Part shown: positions 38,706 through 48,702 of the stretch, piece by piece
Position numbering within the stretch: position 1 is the first letter of the stretch
Layout of the letters: the number at the start of each line of letters is the position of its first letter
Source: a virus
Length of the DNA stretch: 64,000 nt
Virus record (IMG/VR): IMGVR_UViG_3300027804_003127
Strand: one strand, 5' to 3'
Notes under the pieces: model-generated
What the model saw: only the letters and a program-made list of their open reading frames with translations
What the model was told of the DNA's origin: nothing
The model's database searches: none
Position numbers and translations under genes: made by a program

Positions 38706-39119
38706 ATGATTAAATTAGCCGCTAAAAGAATAAAAGATAGAAATATACTATGGAGAGAAAAATACACAGAGCGTACTGCTCCTCTTCATAAAAGGTATTT
38801 GTCTCAATTGGGTCCAGGATCCTACTATAGGTGGGAAGGGCACGACTATACTACCAATTCAGATTATTATATTGTATGCTCTCCTGCTCAAACTAAGTAT
38901 GGAGATAAAACTTTTTTTGCTGGTATAAAAAAGATGCCACCGATTGAAAAAAGAGATACTGCTAAAACATATAGCCCGTATGGTAAATATTTTAATAACA
39001 TAGTTTCTGCTTTAACTTTTTTGAAGACTAAATATGGAATCCCTTTTCCTAAAAATCAAAAAAACTATGGCTTAATTGAATTACAAAAAATAAATATCCC
39101 AAGATTCGTAAAGGCCTAA
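38706..39119 (+). CDS. Conserved head-region protein
   Basis: Starts MIKLAAK; basic. Confidence 0.65.
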   Translation: MIKLAAKRIKDRNILWREKYTERTAPLHKRYLSQLGPGSYYRWEGHDYTTNSDYYIVCSPAQTKYGDKTFFAGIKKMPPIEKRDTAKTYSPYGKYFNNIVSALTFLKTKYGIPFPKNQKNYGLIELQKINIPRFVKA

Positions 39120-39120
39120 T

Positions 39121-42100
39121 ATGAATAAAGTAACAATAACAAATCAAAGATCAGTAGAGCCATTAAATATCCCTTCTAACTGGGATGAAATTAACATTAA
39201 GTCTATTTCTAAATTTGCATCAACAGGTAAATCTTTTGAGGAAAGAGTTTCTGGGATGGATCTTGGCGGATTCGATATCTTACAAGCTGTTAAGGACAAT
39301 CCAGATCATTTATTTGTGAAAGTTTTTGCTATAAAAAAGGATGAAGTTAATGATAATGGTGACTATTTTTCAGAAGATGAACTTAAAAAGGCAGCAAAGA
39401 CATTTATAGGCGTACCTGTATTTGTCAATCACCAAAATGATGATATAGAAAAAGCTAGGGGGAAAGTAGTCCATGCTTGGTGGGATAGTGATCGTGGTGG
39501 CATATATACTATAAACATGGTTGATAAAGTTGCTTATCCCAGATTGGCTAGAGGCATAGAAGCTGGTTATGTTACTGGTAGTAGTATGGGGTGTAGTGTT
39601 AAATTTAGCTGTTGCAGTATTTGTCACAATAGAGCGGCTAATGCCAAGGAATACTGTTCACATATTAAAGAAAGAAAAAAGAAAAATTATAATGGGGAGC
39701 AAGAATGTCAGTACCATAAAAGTTCAGGATCAGGAAAAGAGCCATGTCCTGTGTGCGGATGTGAAAAAGGTGATAAGAAAATGCACAAGCATGCTGGTAC
39801 TATGGTATTTGAACATAACTTTGGAGTTAAATTTATAGAGGATTCATTTGTAGTAAATCCAGCATGTCACGATTGTTTGGTAAGCGATGTTATTAATCCA
39901 AGTGGTTTGCTGAAGAAAGTTGCTAATTTGCGTGAAACAATAAATAAGATAAGCGCAAATGTAGAAAATGAGCAAGCTTTTGGTTTTGAATGTTCTACTG
40001 GATCTTGCAGTCTTCATAAGGCAGCAGGAAAACAGGAAATAGGCGAGTTAAATTACGCCATGAATCAGTTAGAAAGAGTTGCTCGTTCTATGATGGCGCA
40101 AAAAAATAAAGTAAGCTTAGAGTATGTTTCTGATATAATAAAAGTTACTGCAGATATTCAAAAAATATCAGATGAATTAGTGGAAATGGGATATGCTGGG
40201 CTTCCTAGTCCAACTGAGAGTCAAATAGCATTTGGCACTAATGTTGCAGCCAGTCCAACTTCTCCTGCGACTCCAGCCACTCAGGTTCCTGTGACTGCTA
40301 TGCCTCAGCCTTCTTACGCCCCACAGGCTAGCACTCAGCCTAGTTTTTCTAGAAACGTGTCTCCCATGTTAAAAAATATCCCATCAGGAAATATTAATCC
40401 AGTCATATCGGATTTAGGAGATGATATTGGCAGAGTAACAAAACCTAGTTTTGTGCCAGTATCTGCAAATTCTATAAAGGATTTTGTTAAAATATCTAAT
40501 AGTATACAAAATAGGCTCTCATCCCTTATGAGTGCTATGTATCTTAATGGAGAATCAATGAAAGAAAAATCAGCATATAAATACTCAGAAGGCGATGATT
40601 CTATCGTTATACAGTCTGATAGTGATGGTGAAATTCATGTTGCCTATTTGGTTGGAGACAGGCTTCTAAAATGGGCTAGCGCAGACACATTTAGTGAAGA
40701 AATAAACACATTAATTCATAACGATCCAGAATCAGCAGCCAGTATGATTCTGTCTTCTTTTAAAAACGTAAACAATTCTGATCACATAAATATAGAGGAG
40801 TCAAAATTAGCTATGGAAAATAATAAAATTAATAAAGTTGCGCAGGCTCGTGCAAATGCTGAGACAGATGTTGTGACCGAGGCTCAGCTTAATTCCGTAA
40901 AAGGCATACATTCTCGCAAGGGTGATTCTTATTCTGCTACAACGGAAAGCTCTGAACAGCTTGGTGCTAAAAAGTCTTACAGCGACGTGGGTGGCACCTC
41001 TGCAACTCCTCGTCAAGATTCTCCATATGAAACTATAATAGAAGAAACTCTTAATTCTAAAAAGGGCGGATATATGGCCCGTTGGGGATCTTTTCCTGAA
41101 GTTGTAACTGAAGCTCAATGGACTGATGCTTCTAGAGAAGTATTTGCCAATATCCCAGGAGACTGGACATCTGTCTCTCAGGGAGCTCAATTAGATATGT
41201 TAAGAAAAACATTTAGCTGGAATGAGCCTAATGTTACTACAGAAGCTCAGCTTGGTGGAGTAAAGAGTAAAACCGCATCTGCACAGGAACTTATTAAGCA
41301 GGCGCAGTCAGCTCTTGCTGATGCAATGGCTTTTTACGGAATAGGCGTAGACGACATAAAAAACTCTATTAAATTTATAAATTCTGATTTTTCACGTCAG
41401 AATAAGGCAAAATGCTTGGCAGCTATAAATGCAGCTCCTTGGGCTGTTTCTGCTAGACAAGTAAATAATAATAGACTTGCTTCTTTTTCTAAAGTTGCAT
41501 CTGAGGTATATGGCATTGAGCCAATAGATGCACTTTTGGCAGCAATTGGTGATAATATGGGCAAGTCTTCTGCTGGAGATTTAATTGATGCAGTATCTTT
41601 TGTGGCTAATAATAAAGTAGCTATGCAGCAAGTAGAGGAAATAGCTGTAGAAAAAGTAGAAAACGCCTCTTTTGAAGATTCTTCTAATGAAGAAATTTTC
41701 CGTAAAGCATTCAGCGAGATGTCTTTGCCAGAAGATGGCATGATTAAGGTTTGTATGTCTGCTGAAGACGATTTAGGGATGGAAGTATCTTCTGATAAGT
41801 CATTTGTTGATGCAGTTCATAAATATGCTCAATCTGTTGTAAACGATAATTTTGGCAAAGAAGTAGATATAGTTCCAGTGGCTGTTGATGTTGATGAAGA
41901 AAATGGTCTTGTAGAAGCAACTTGCAAATTAGCTTCACATTTAACAAAAGAAGAAAAAAGCGCTTTTGAAAAATGGGCTTCATCAGAAGAATTAAATATA
42001 GAAGAAGACTCTTATGAAATTGCTGACTATAATGGTGCTGAAAATAATGCTTCAGAAAAGAGGGCATCTCTTTTACGTGAGTTAGATTCTTTAGAAAAGA

Positions 42101-44871
42101 AGGCTCAACTTGCTGGTGGACAGATGCCAGCTGGTCTTAATCCAGCTGGCATGGGTATGGGCGCTCAGCTTCCAGGTGGTGCACCTCCAGCTGGAGCTCC
42201 TGGAGTTGAAGCTTTAACAACAGGTGGAGCAGCTGATCCTGCAATGGCTGGAATGGACCCAGCTGCCGCTGGTGCCGATCCTCTTGCTGGTGGAGATGTA
42301 GGTATGGAAGAAGAAACTAAAGCCAAGCCACCAGCTGCAGTATGTGTTGTGTGTGGCAATAATGACGTTGACGTTCAGGGTGGAAAGAGTAAGTGCAATG
42401 GTCCAGGCTGTGGTTTAGGTTACACTATTAAGATAGTGCCTGATGCAACTTTATTGGATAAAATTAGTGACGGAGATATAGATCAAGAAGATGCCACTGA
42501 AGAGCCTGGTGCTGAATCTCCAGAAAAAGGCTTAGGTGGAATGTCGTCTGCTCCTGCTGAAGGAGCTGTACCAGGAGCAATGCCTGGCGGTATGGCTGTA
42601 GCAGCTTCTACTCGTATAACTCCAGATATTATGAGAAAGTTCGCATCTAATGGAAGTTTGGGAAGTATTAGTCCAATAACAGGAACAAGGAATACAATTC
42701 AGATAGATAATGAAAATTGGCAATGCCTTGATAGTGGTCAGGTTTATAAAGTAAGATTAGCGGCTTCGACTAAGAGCCCAAAAGAGGTTTGGGCTCAGTG
42801 GGAGTGGGAACCAGTGATGAAGTCTGCTAATTGTTCTCCATGTAGAAGGCGCAAGAATGCTATAATTCGTGCGCTAAGCAGTATAGGAGTAAGTGAAGAC
42901 CAGTTTGACGGCATGAGTATGCTTGATAAGGCGGCAGCTCTTAGTAAAATAAATGCATCTGGATTATTAAGAAATATAAAAGAAGCATCATCTCAGAACG
43001 TTTCGGTAAGAGATTCAATTAAGCAAGCCTTCTCTGTAAGAGGCGAGTTCCCAATGAATACATGCTTGGAAAAACTTGCACGCCGTTACGGGGAAAACGC
43101 TTTGGCTTTAAGCGGTCCATGTGAGGGTCAAAATCTTGCAAACTGCGTGTGTGGCTCTTTGGCCGAAGAGGGTGTCTATACTACGAATCTTGCAACTAAA
43201 GTTGCTTCTGCATGGGCGTCTAGAGATCCTATGATGGAGTGTGTAGAAGACTACATACGTGAAGGACTGAGTTTAAGTAAATCAGCTCAGGCATGTGAGG
43301 ATTTGAAGTCTAAATACATCACTTCCGAAGAAGTTTTCGCAGATGAAATAACAGAATCTTACGTAAAGTCTGCACAAGAAGAAGAGGTTTTTGAAGGCGA
43401 AGAAAATCCATTTGATTCTGAGGATAGTGAAGACTCAGATGGAGGAGAAGAAGTGGACCTTACATTTAATTTTGATGAAAATGATTTAACAGACGCTGAT
43501 GATGAATCAATGTTTGATGGCGCAGAAGAAGATTCTGATGATGAAGGTTTTGATTTAGAAATAAGCGACGACGACATGGGCGACGACGACATGGGCGACG
43601 ACGACATGGGCGACGACGACATGGGCGACGACGACATGGGTGACGACGACATGGGTGACGACGACATGGGCGGCGACGACATGGGTGACGACGACATAGG
43701 TGACGACGACATGGGTGACGACGACATGGGTGACGACGACATGGGTGACGACATGGGTAATTTAAACAAGGAGGAAGTCACGATGGAGAAAGAGAACGAA
43801 ATGGTAAAGCAATCTCCAGAGTCTAAGCTCGCTCAAATATATTCTGAAGCAGAGTCTCTAAAGAGAGGTAGAATAGTTGGCGTCAATAAACTTAATATTG
43901 ATATCAATTCAATAAAGCGCGCTTTGCATAAAGAAGCTAGCGATAAAAAGTTAAGCCCAATAAGTGCTCAGGATACAGTTAAGGGAGTTGCTAATGGCAA
44001 ACCTCATGCGGATAGTACTCAAGAAGGTTTTGATGCAGAAACCCCAGAAGTTCCTACATCTGGAGAGGGAATGAAGGACTTAGATCTTCCCTCCATCCCA
44101 GCAGGCGGAGGAAAATTTAAGGGCGAGGAGAATTATGACGCAGAAATGCAGGAAAATATAACAGGAGGACAGAGCGGTCAGGGGGCTGAGCACACAGGAA
44201 AGTATCGTAAGAGTGCTTTTGAAAAAGCGCTTTCAAAGCTTGCGACAAAATTAAATAGGGTTAATGTTCAAGATGACAAAGACATAGGTCCTATAGGTAA
44301 GGAAGATCCAGGTGACGCTTTTGAGGTTCCAACAAATGGAGGTAAGCCTCTTTCTTCAGAGACTAATGAAGGATTTGACGTAGATGGTCCTGATGTTCCT
44401 ACTGGAAGTGCTGAGATGGGGCAAGAAAAAGAATTAGGTTATACTGCAGAAAAACAAACAGAAATGACTGGTGGAAACGCTGGTGCAGGTTCTGTAGAGT
44501 CTGTAGGAAAATATAAAGGTAAGAAGGCCAATGAAAATGGTAATGAAGTTGCTATAAAGTTAGCTGGCAGAATGCTTGAGGCTGGTTTAATTAAGTCTGA
44601 GCAGCTGTCCGCCAAGTTAGCAGAGTTAAAGAGATATGAAGTATCTCAGCTCCGTGATTTAGAGAAAGCAATGTTCACAAAGTCCAATTTCAACAAAGGT
44701 CTTAAGGTTGCGTCGAGTGGAGTTGAGCAGCCACTCGTAATCAGTGAAGTAAGTAGTCAGAAAAATGCTTCTACTGATCTGAAAAGTAAAATAGCATCTC
44801 TGTTCCGACTTCAACAGCAGGTCGAGTTGGCGCAGGAGAGCGAGGCTACTAAGTTAAGAGCTTTTAAGTGA
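39121..44871 (+). CDS. Prohead (capsid maturation) protease - scaffold polyprotein
   Basis: HK97-type protease signature NDNGDYF...FIGVPVFVNH...ARGKV...TGSSMG followed by CxxC zinc sites; long acidic/low-complexity C-terminal part; directly upstream of the decoration and capsid genes. Confidence 0.8.
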   Translation: MNKVTITNQRSVEPLNIPSNWDEINIKSISKFASTGKSFEERVSGMDLGGFDILQAVKDNPDHLFVKVFAIKKDEVNDNGDYFSEDELKKAAKTFIGVPVFVNHQNDDIEKARGKVVHAWWDSDRGGIYTINMVDKVAYPRLARGIEAGYVTGSSMGCSVKFSCCSICHNRAANAKEYCSHIKERKKKNYNGEQECQYHKSSGSGKEPCPVCGCEKGDKKMHKHAGTMVFEHNFGVKFIEDSFVVNPACHDCLVSDVINPSGLLKKVANLRETINKISANVENEQAFGFECSTGSCSLHKAAGKQEIGELNYAMNQLERVARSMMAQKNKVSLEYVSDIIKVTADIQKISDELVEMGYAGLPSPTESQIAFGTNVAASPTSPATPATQVPVTAMPQPSYAPQASTQPSFSRNVSPMLKNIPSGNINPVISDLGDDIGRVTKPSFVPVSANSIKDFVKISNSIQNRLSSLMSAMYLNGESMKEKSAYKYSEGDDSIVIQSDSDGEIHVAYLVGDRLLKWASADTFSEEINTLIHNDPESAASMILSSFKNVNNSDHINIEESKLAMENNKINKVAQARANAETDVVTEAQLNSVKGIHSRKGDSYSATTESSEQLGAKKSYSDVGGTSATPRQDSPYETIIEETLNSKKGGYMARWGSFPEVVTEAQWTDASREVFANIPGDWTSVSQGAQLDMLRKTFSWNEPNVTTEAQLGGVKSKTASAQELIKQAQSALADAMAFYGIGVDDIKNSIKFINSDFSRQNKAKCLAAINAAPWAVSARQVNNNRLASFSKVASEVYGIEPIDALLAAIGDNMGKSSAGDLIDAVSFVANNKVAMQQVEEIAVEKVENASFEDSSNEEIFRKAFSEMSLPEDGMIKVCMSAEDDLGMEVSSDKSFVDAVHKYAQSVVNDNFGKEVDIVPVAVDVDEENGLVEATCKLASHLTKEEKSAFEKWASSEELNIEEDSYEIADYNGAENNASEKRASLLRELDSLEKKAQLAGGQMPAGLNPAGMGMGAQLPGGAPPAGAPGVEALTTGGAADPAMAGMDPAAAGADPLAGGDVGMEEETKAKPPAAVCVVCGNNDVDVQGGKSKCNGPGCGLGYTIKIVPDATLLDKISDGDIDQEDATEEPGAESPEKGLGGMSSAPAEGAVPGAMPGGMAVAASTRITPDIMRKFASNGSLGSISPITGTRNTIQIDNENWQCLDSGQVYKVRLAASTKSPKEVWAQWEWEPVMKSANCSPCRRRKNAIIRALSSIGVSEDQFDGMSMLDKAAALSKINASGLLRNIKEASSQNVSVRDSIKQAFSVRGEFPMNTCLEKLARRYGENALALSGPCEGQNLANCVCGSLAEEGVYTTNLATKVASAWASRDPMMECVEDYIREGLSLSKSAQACEDLKSKYITSEEVFADEITESYVKSAQEEEVFEGEENPFDSEDSEDSDGGEEVDLTFNFDENDLTDADDESMFDGAEEDSDDEGFDLEISDDDMGDDDMGDDDMGDDDMGDDDMGDDDMGDDDMGGDDMGDDDIGDDDMGDDDMGDDDMGDDMGNLNKEEVTMEKENEMVKQSPESKLAQIYSEAESLKRGRIVGVNKLNIDINSIKRALHKEASDKKLSPISAQDTVKGVANGKPHADSTQEGFDAETPEVPTSGEGMKDLDLPSIPAGGGKFKGEENYDAEMQENITGGQSGQGAEHTGKYRKSAFEKALSKLATKLNRVNVQDDKDIGPIGKEDPGDAFEVPTNGGKPLSSETNEGFDVDGPDVPTGSAEMGQEKELGYTAEKQTEMTGGNAGAGSVESVGKYKGKKANENGNEVAIKLAGRMLEAGLIKSEQLSAKLAELKRYEVSQLRDLEKAMFTKSNFNKGLKVASSGVEQPLVISEVSSQKNASTDLKSKIASLFRLQQQVELAQESEATKLRAFK
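43567..43758 (+). repeat. 15-nt coding tandem repeat (DDDMG x13)
   Basis: GACGACGACATGGG[C/T] units. Confidence 0.95.
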
Positions 44872-44901
44872 TCTGCATAAAATAAAAATAAGGAGAATAA
44901 A

Positions 44902-45477
44902 ATGGCTTTAATTGAAGTATTTCATACAATAGCAACCCAGCTCCCCACAAGTGCAACTGACATAGTTGAGGGTATGGGTGTTAAGCTTTCTGGTGGCGGA
45001 ACATCAGAAGCAACTGTTGCAAGAGTAAACGGAGCTTCCAATGTCGTATTTGGTATCGCCGCAGATAGTGCAAGGACAACTGGTCCAAATAAGCCCTACG
45101 GAGCTTCTTTGGTTGTCAATGGTCTCGGCACAACTCGTGCAACTCAGAACCGTGTAACTGATTTCTTTAACGAGACAACAGGTTCTGGTAAAATGACTGT
45201 TTATACTGGTATAGGAGAATTCTTCACTGATCAGTATGAATCAGCTGGATCTTATACAGTCGGAACAGCTTTATTCGTAAGCGCCAACGGTAAGCTTACT
45301 AATACAGATGGTAGCGGAAACTGCGTAGGTATGGTAATTGACGGTCCACGTGCTTATCCAAGCGGTGTTCCTGGTGTTGACGACGGTGGAGTTACTGGAG
45401 TTACTGCAGCTGTTAATGGTAGCTTATCTCTTGGTACATTCTTACGCTTCTACATGAACATTCAGCCACAAGCTTGA
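44902..45477 (+). CDS. Capsid decoration / cement protein
   Basis: AAGGAG RBS; lies between scaffold and capsid genes; GSGKMTVY..G.F.TDQY.....Y..G..L.V...GKLT beta-tulip-like pattern. Confidence 0.7.
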   Translation: MALIEVFHTIATQLPTSATDIVEGMGVKLSGGGTSEATVARVNGASNVVFGIAADSARTTGPNKPYGASLVVNGLGTTRATQNRVTDFFNETTGSGKMTVYTGIGEFFTDQYESAGSYTVGTALFVSANGKLTNTDGSGNCVGMVIDGPRAYPSGVPGVDDGGVTGVTAAVNGSLSLGTFLRFYMNIQPQA

Positions 45478-45538
45478 TAGTTAGTATTGGTATTCTTGTT
45501 GAGATCAATATAAAAATTAATTGAAAGGAAATTCAAAT

Positions 45539-46411
45539 ATGTCTATAAATAAAGATGGTTTGACTTATGACGAGAAAGAGGCAGTTATTGCCCAGGCTCT
45601 CGCAACAGAGGAGGGACGTACAGCCCTCGCTCAGGCAATGGTTGAGCCCATTCGCCGTTCTTTAGAGTATCAGGCTGTAGGCCGCAAGCTTCTCATGGTC
45701 GATGAGCTTCCTCAGGGCGCTCTTCCTCGCTATGAGCGTGACGTTGCTTCTACAGCAACCGTAATAGCCCGTCAGGGTGCTGTTCCTGATCAGATTCAGG
45801 AAGGCGAAGAAGTCCTTGTCCCAACATTCGAAATTGCTGCTCACCCAACAATTCGTTTGTCTGAGATCAAGGCTCGTCGCTTCTACATTGTAGATCGCGC
45901 TCAGATCAAGGCAAAAGAGGCTATTCAGAAGGAAGAGGATCGCAACATATTCTCAGCTCTTATAGCAGCTGCAGATAATCGTGCAGATCAGGTTGTTGGT
46001 AATACTGGCGATCTCACCACCGATTCTCTTAACGTAGCATATCGTTTGATTGAGACTCACGATCTTGTCGCAAGCAAGGTTGTTGCTCACCCACTCCAGT
46101 ATGCTCGTTTCCGCGTTTTCGGTAAGACTTTCTATGATGAGGCTACTACTCGTGAGATCCTCACAACTGGTCTTTACGGTCACTTGTGGACTGCAGACAT
46201 CCATGTCAGCTCTCAGCTTGATGCTCAGACTGTATTGGTTTGCTCTTCTCCCGACACTGTCGGTGCATTCCCAATCCGTCAGGACATCACAGTTCTTCCC
46301 GCTGACGATCCAAAGAAGCTTCGTCTCGGTTGGGTAATTTATGAAGAGGTAGGTATTGTTGTTATGAACGACTATGCTATCTCTAAGATTGAAGTTTACC
46401 GCGCATCCTAA
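45539..46411 (+). CDS. Major capsid protein (HK97 fold)
   Basis: LAQAMVEPIRRSLEYQAVGRKLLMVDELPQGA, VPTFEIA.HP.I, AIQKEED, LGWVIYEEVG; strong highly-expressed codon bias; followed by a terminator. Confidence 0.88.
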   Translation: MSINKDGLTYDEKEAVIAQALATEEGRTALAQAMVEPIRRSLEYQAVGRKLLMVDELPQGALPRYERDVASTATVIARQGAVPDQIQEGEEVLVPTFEIAAHPTIRLSEIKARRFYIVDRAQIKAKEAIQKEEDRNIFSALIAAADNRADQVVGNTGDLTTDSLNVAYRLIETHDLVASKVVAHPLQYARFRVFGKTFYDEATTREILTTGLYGHLWTADIHVSSQLDAQTVLVCSSPDTVGAFPIRQDITVLPADDPKKLRLGWVIYEEVGIVVMNDYAISKIEVYRAS

Positions 46412-46440
46412 TTGTTAATTAGAGGGTAGATTTCCATAGC

Positions 46441-46475
46441 GGACCCGCTCCTAGAAATGGGAGCGGGTTCTTTTA
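46441..46475. terminator. Rho-independent terminator after the capsid gene (between convergent genes)
   Basis: GACCCGCTCC-tagaaatg-GGAGCGGGTT followed by CTTTT. Confidence 0.85.
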
Positions 46476-47360
46476 TTTGTCTAGTATGTTAACAATCTCA
46501 ATAAAATGCTTTTTCATATCAATAGCATTTGTGACAGAAGTTGTAGATTCTTCACTAAGCCAAGCCGAGGCATACCTTTGCATTCGTTCTATCTGACCAA
46601 TGGTGAAAGTCTTATTTCCCAAGGTTGAATACGACATTATGTTAAATCTATTTTTATCTTTTTCAGTACCATACTCAATTGGAGAAATTGCATCAGACGG
46701 GGTATCTTCTACATAGTCATCTTTTTCATTAAACGTGTGTAGTAGTCCGAAGTGATGTCCCATTTCATGGGATAAAACTTGTTTTGCATTAGTTGGTCCA
46801 TGTATCCATATGCATCCATCTGTAGAGTGGTGAATTTCTGCAAGACCATCTATTCCTAATCCTATATTAAATCTATAATAGATTTCAATTGAATCTTTTT
46901 TAGAGTTTTCTTTTTGAGGATGACCTATTATCTGAGTTATTATTCCATCTCTCGTTGCAATATTTAAAGCTTCATGTGCAATTGTATTATTTTTTTCGTA
47001 AGGTATTTCATTTAGTGAAATTGTTACATATTTTATATAAAATTGAATATGTGCAGGTTTGAAGTCTTTATTTAAAACAATCAGATCATTTTCTATATTT
47101 TCTATTGTTCTAGAGAAAAATCGTTCGTATTTTCCTTCAGGGTTTTTTCTTTGAACGCATGATAAATGTATATTAAGTGCAAAATAAATCGTGTTATTTT
47201 CAGACCATTTGTCAAGCATTTCTTTTGATTTTTTCATCCAAAGCAACGGAGAATTTGTTTTTATATCCTGCTTAGTTTCAAATGTATTTGCTAATGATTT
47301 ATATGCTAATAAGTTTACGATTGCCAATAAAATAGCAAAACGCGATTTATTCATATACAT
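46473..47360 (-). CDS. Secreted metzincin zinc metalloprotease (M43/pappalysin-like)
   Basis: Signal-peptide-like N-terminus; HEMGHHFGLLHTF; D.VEDTP; Met-turn NIMSY; FT.GQ.ERM. Confidence 0.8.
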   Translation of the reverse strand: MYMNKSRFAILLAIVNLLAYKSLANTFETKQDIKTNSPLLWMKKSKEMLDKWSENNTIYFALNIHLSCVQRKNPEGKYERFFSRTIENIENDLIVLNKDFKPAHIQFYIKYVTISLNEIPYEKNNTIAHEALNIATRDGIITQIIGHPQKENSKKDSIEIYYRFNIGLGIDGLAEIHHSTDGCIWIHGPTNAKQVLSHEMGHHFGLLHTFNEKDDYVEDTPSDAISPIEYGTEKDKNRFNIMSYSTLGNKTFTIGQIERMQRYASAWLSEESTTSVTNAIDMKKHFIEIVNILDK

Positions 47361-47403
47361 TATATACTACGAAATTTGATTATATCATACAATAAAATAT
47401 AAA

Positions 47404-48636
47404 TTAAATATAATTTGATGAGTATGCATTATAATTTTGTAAAATTTCTGCAGAAGTCAATGCCCTATCATAAATTTTTATAGAACCTATATAGGCATCA
47501 AGAAAATAGTTTGAATTTGTTGCCACATCATCCCATCGTCTGCAAATTCTTAATTTGCCTCCAGATTGAGGACTTGCAGTTATACTTCCAGTTGCAAACG
47601 ATGATGTATTTACATAAAGAGTTATTGTAGATCCATTATATGTTCCAACAAGATGTGTCCAGCTTGTAGTGTTTGGAGTGTATCCAGACGATGTGTTTCT
47701 CCATGCTCCATCAAAAAAACCAGCATATATGTTAGCATTTGTTGGCTGCAGGTTTGTGCCTAAAGAAAAGTTTAATTTGCTTAATCCGTCATATTCTCCT
47801 GTGATAACAGTTGTTACATTACTAGCATTTGGTATTGTTTTAAATTTAACCCATACTTCTGCAGTCCATCTATTTAAGTCTGGAAGATTGGAGTCGCTCA
47901 ATCCATACTGTAGACTCGATTTTGTAAAGTTCAAAATACCTCCATTGGTTGAACTAAATGAAGGAGAATTGTATAAAGTTACAGTTCTATTATTGCCACT
48001 TAAATCATATAATTTATTTCCACTTCCTGGATATGAAGCAGTGTCACCAGGATCTAGGTTTACTACAAGCCCAGATGTGACTATGTTATATTCTTTGTCT
48101 ATAAGTGCTATTGGAGAAAATCCGTCATCATATTCTCCGCACAAAAGCATTTTATTTCCAAACATAAACTTCTTAAAAGCTTTTGGCTGTTGTGTGGTTA
48201 TTGTAATTGCCAAGGAGTCGTCTTCATCAAGTATCCATTGCATGCCAGAATAGTCTGTAAAATTATTTACTGGAGTAGATGAAATGTCAGTTAATCTTTG
48301 TATGTGCATTATATAATCATTTTCGCCATTAGTTACTACTTGTATTGAGCACCCATTAAGGCAAGTAGTTGACACAATATTTTCAAATGTCCCATTAAGT
48401 CCAGAAATTGCATTAATATCTATTATTCTGAGAGCAGATCTTCCATTGTTCATTTTATCAACATACATTGGTATTCCGCCAATATAGTATCTACCAGTTG
48501 AATAAGGATTGTCTGAAGTTACGCTGCACGTAAGTTTTTTGAAATTATCACTGATACTGTCAAGTGTTCTTATTTTAGAAGAACCTAGCATCATGTGTCC
48601 TTTTGTAAATAAGGAGTTGTCGTATGTATATGGCAT
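47404..48636 (-). CDS. LamG / concanavalin A-like lectin domain virion protein
   Basis: IVTSGLVVNLD.G..SYPGSG...YDLSGN, WTHLVGTY.G...LYVN, IYDRALT..EILQNY; likely start MPYTY at 48636. Confidence 0.8.
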   Translation of the reverse strand: MPYTYDNSLFTKGHMMLGSSKIRTLDSISDNFKKLTCSVTSDNPYSTGRYYIGGIPMYVDKMNNGRSALRIIDINAISGLNGTFENIVSTTCLNGCSIQVVTNGENDYIMHIQRLTDISSTPVNNFTDYSGMQWILDEDDSLAITITTQQPKAFKKFMFGNKMLLCGEYDDGFSPIALIDKEYNIVTSGLVVNLDPGDTASYPGSGNKLYDLSGNNRTVTLYNSPSFSSTNGGILNFTKSSLQYGLSDSNLPDLNRWTAEVWVKFKTIPNASNVTTVITGEYDGLSKLNFSLGTNLQPTNANIYAGFFDGAWRNTSSGYTPNTTSWTHLVGTYNGSTITLYVNTSSFATGSITASPQSGGKLRICRRWDDVATNSNYFLDAYIGSIKIYDRALTSAEILQNYNAYSSNYI

Positions 48637-48702
48637 ATATAATATATTTAAAATAAGGTTTTTATATCCTTTATTTCGAAACATACAAAAAAGAGCAATA
48701 AC

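Noticed and set aside
43359-43781. Minus-strand ORF with MSSSP repeats (similarly 33491..33892)
   Set aside because: Antisense shadows of the DDDMG and MHDEA coding repeats.
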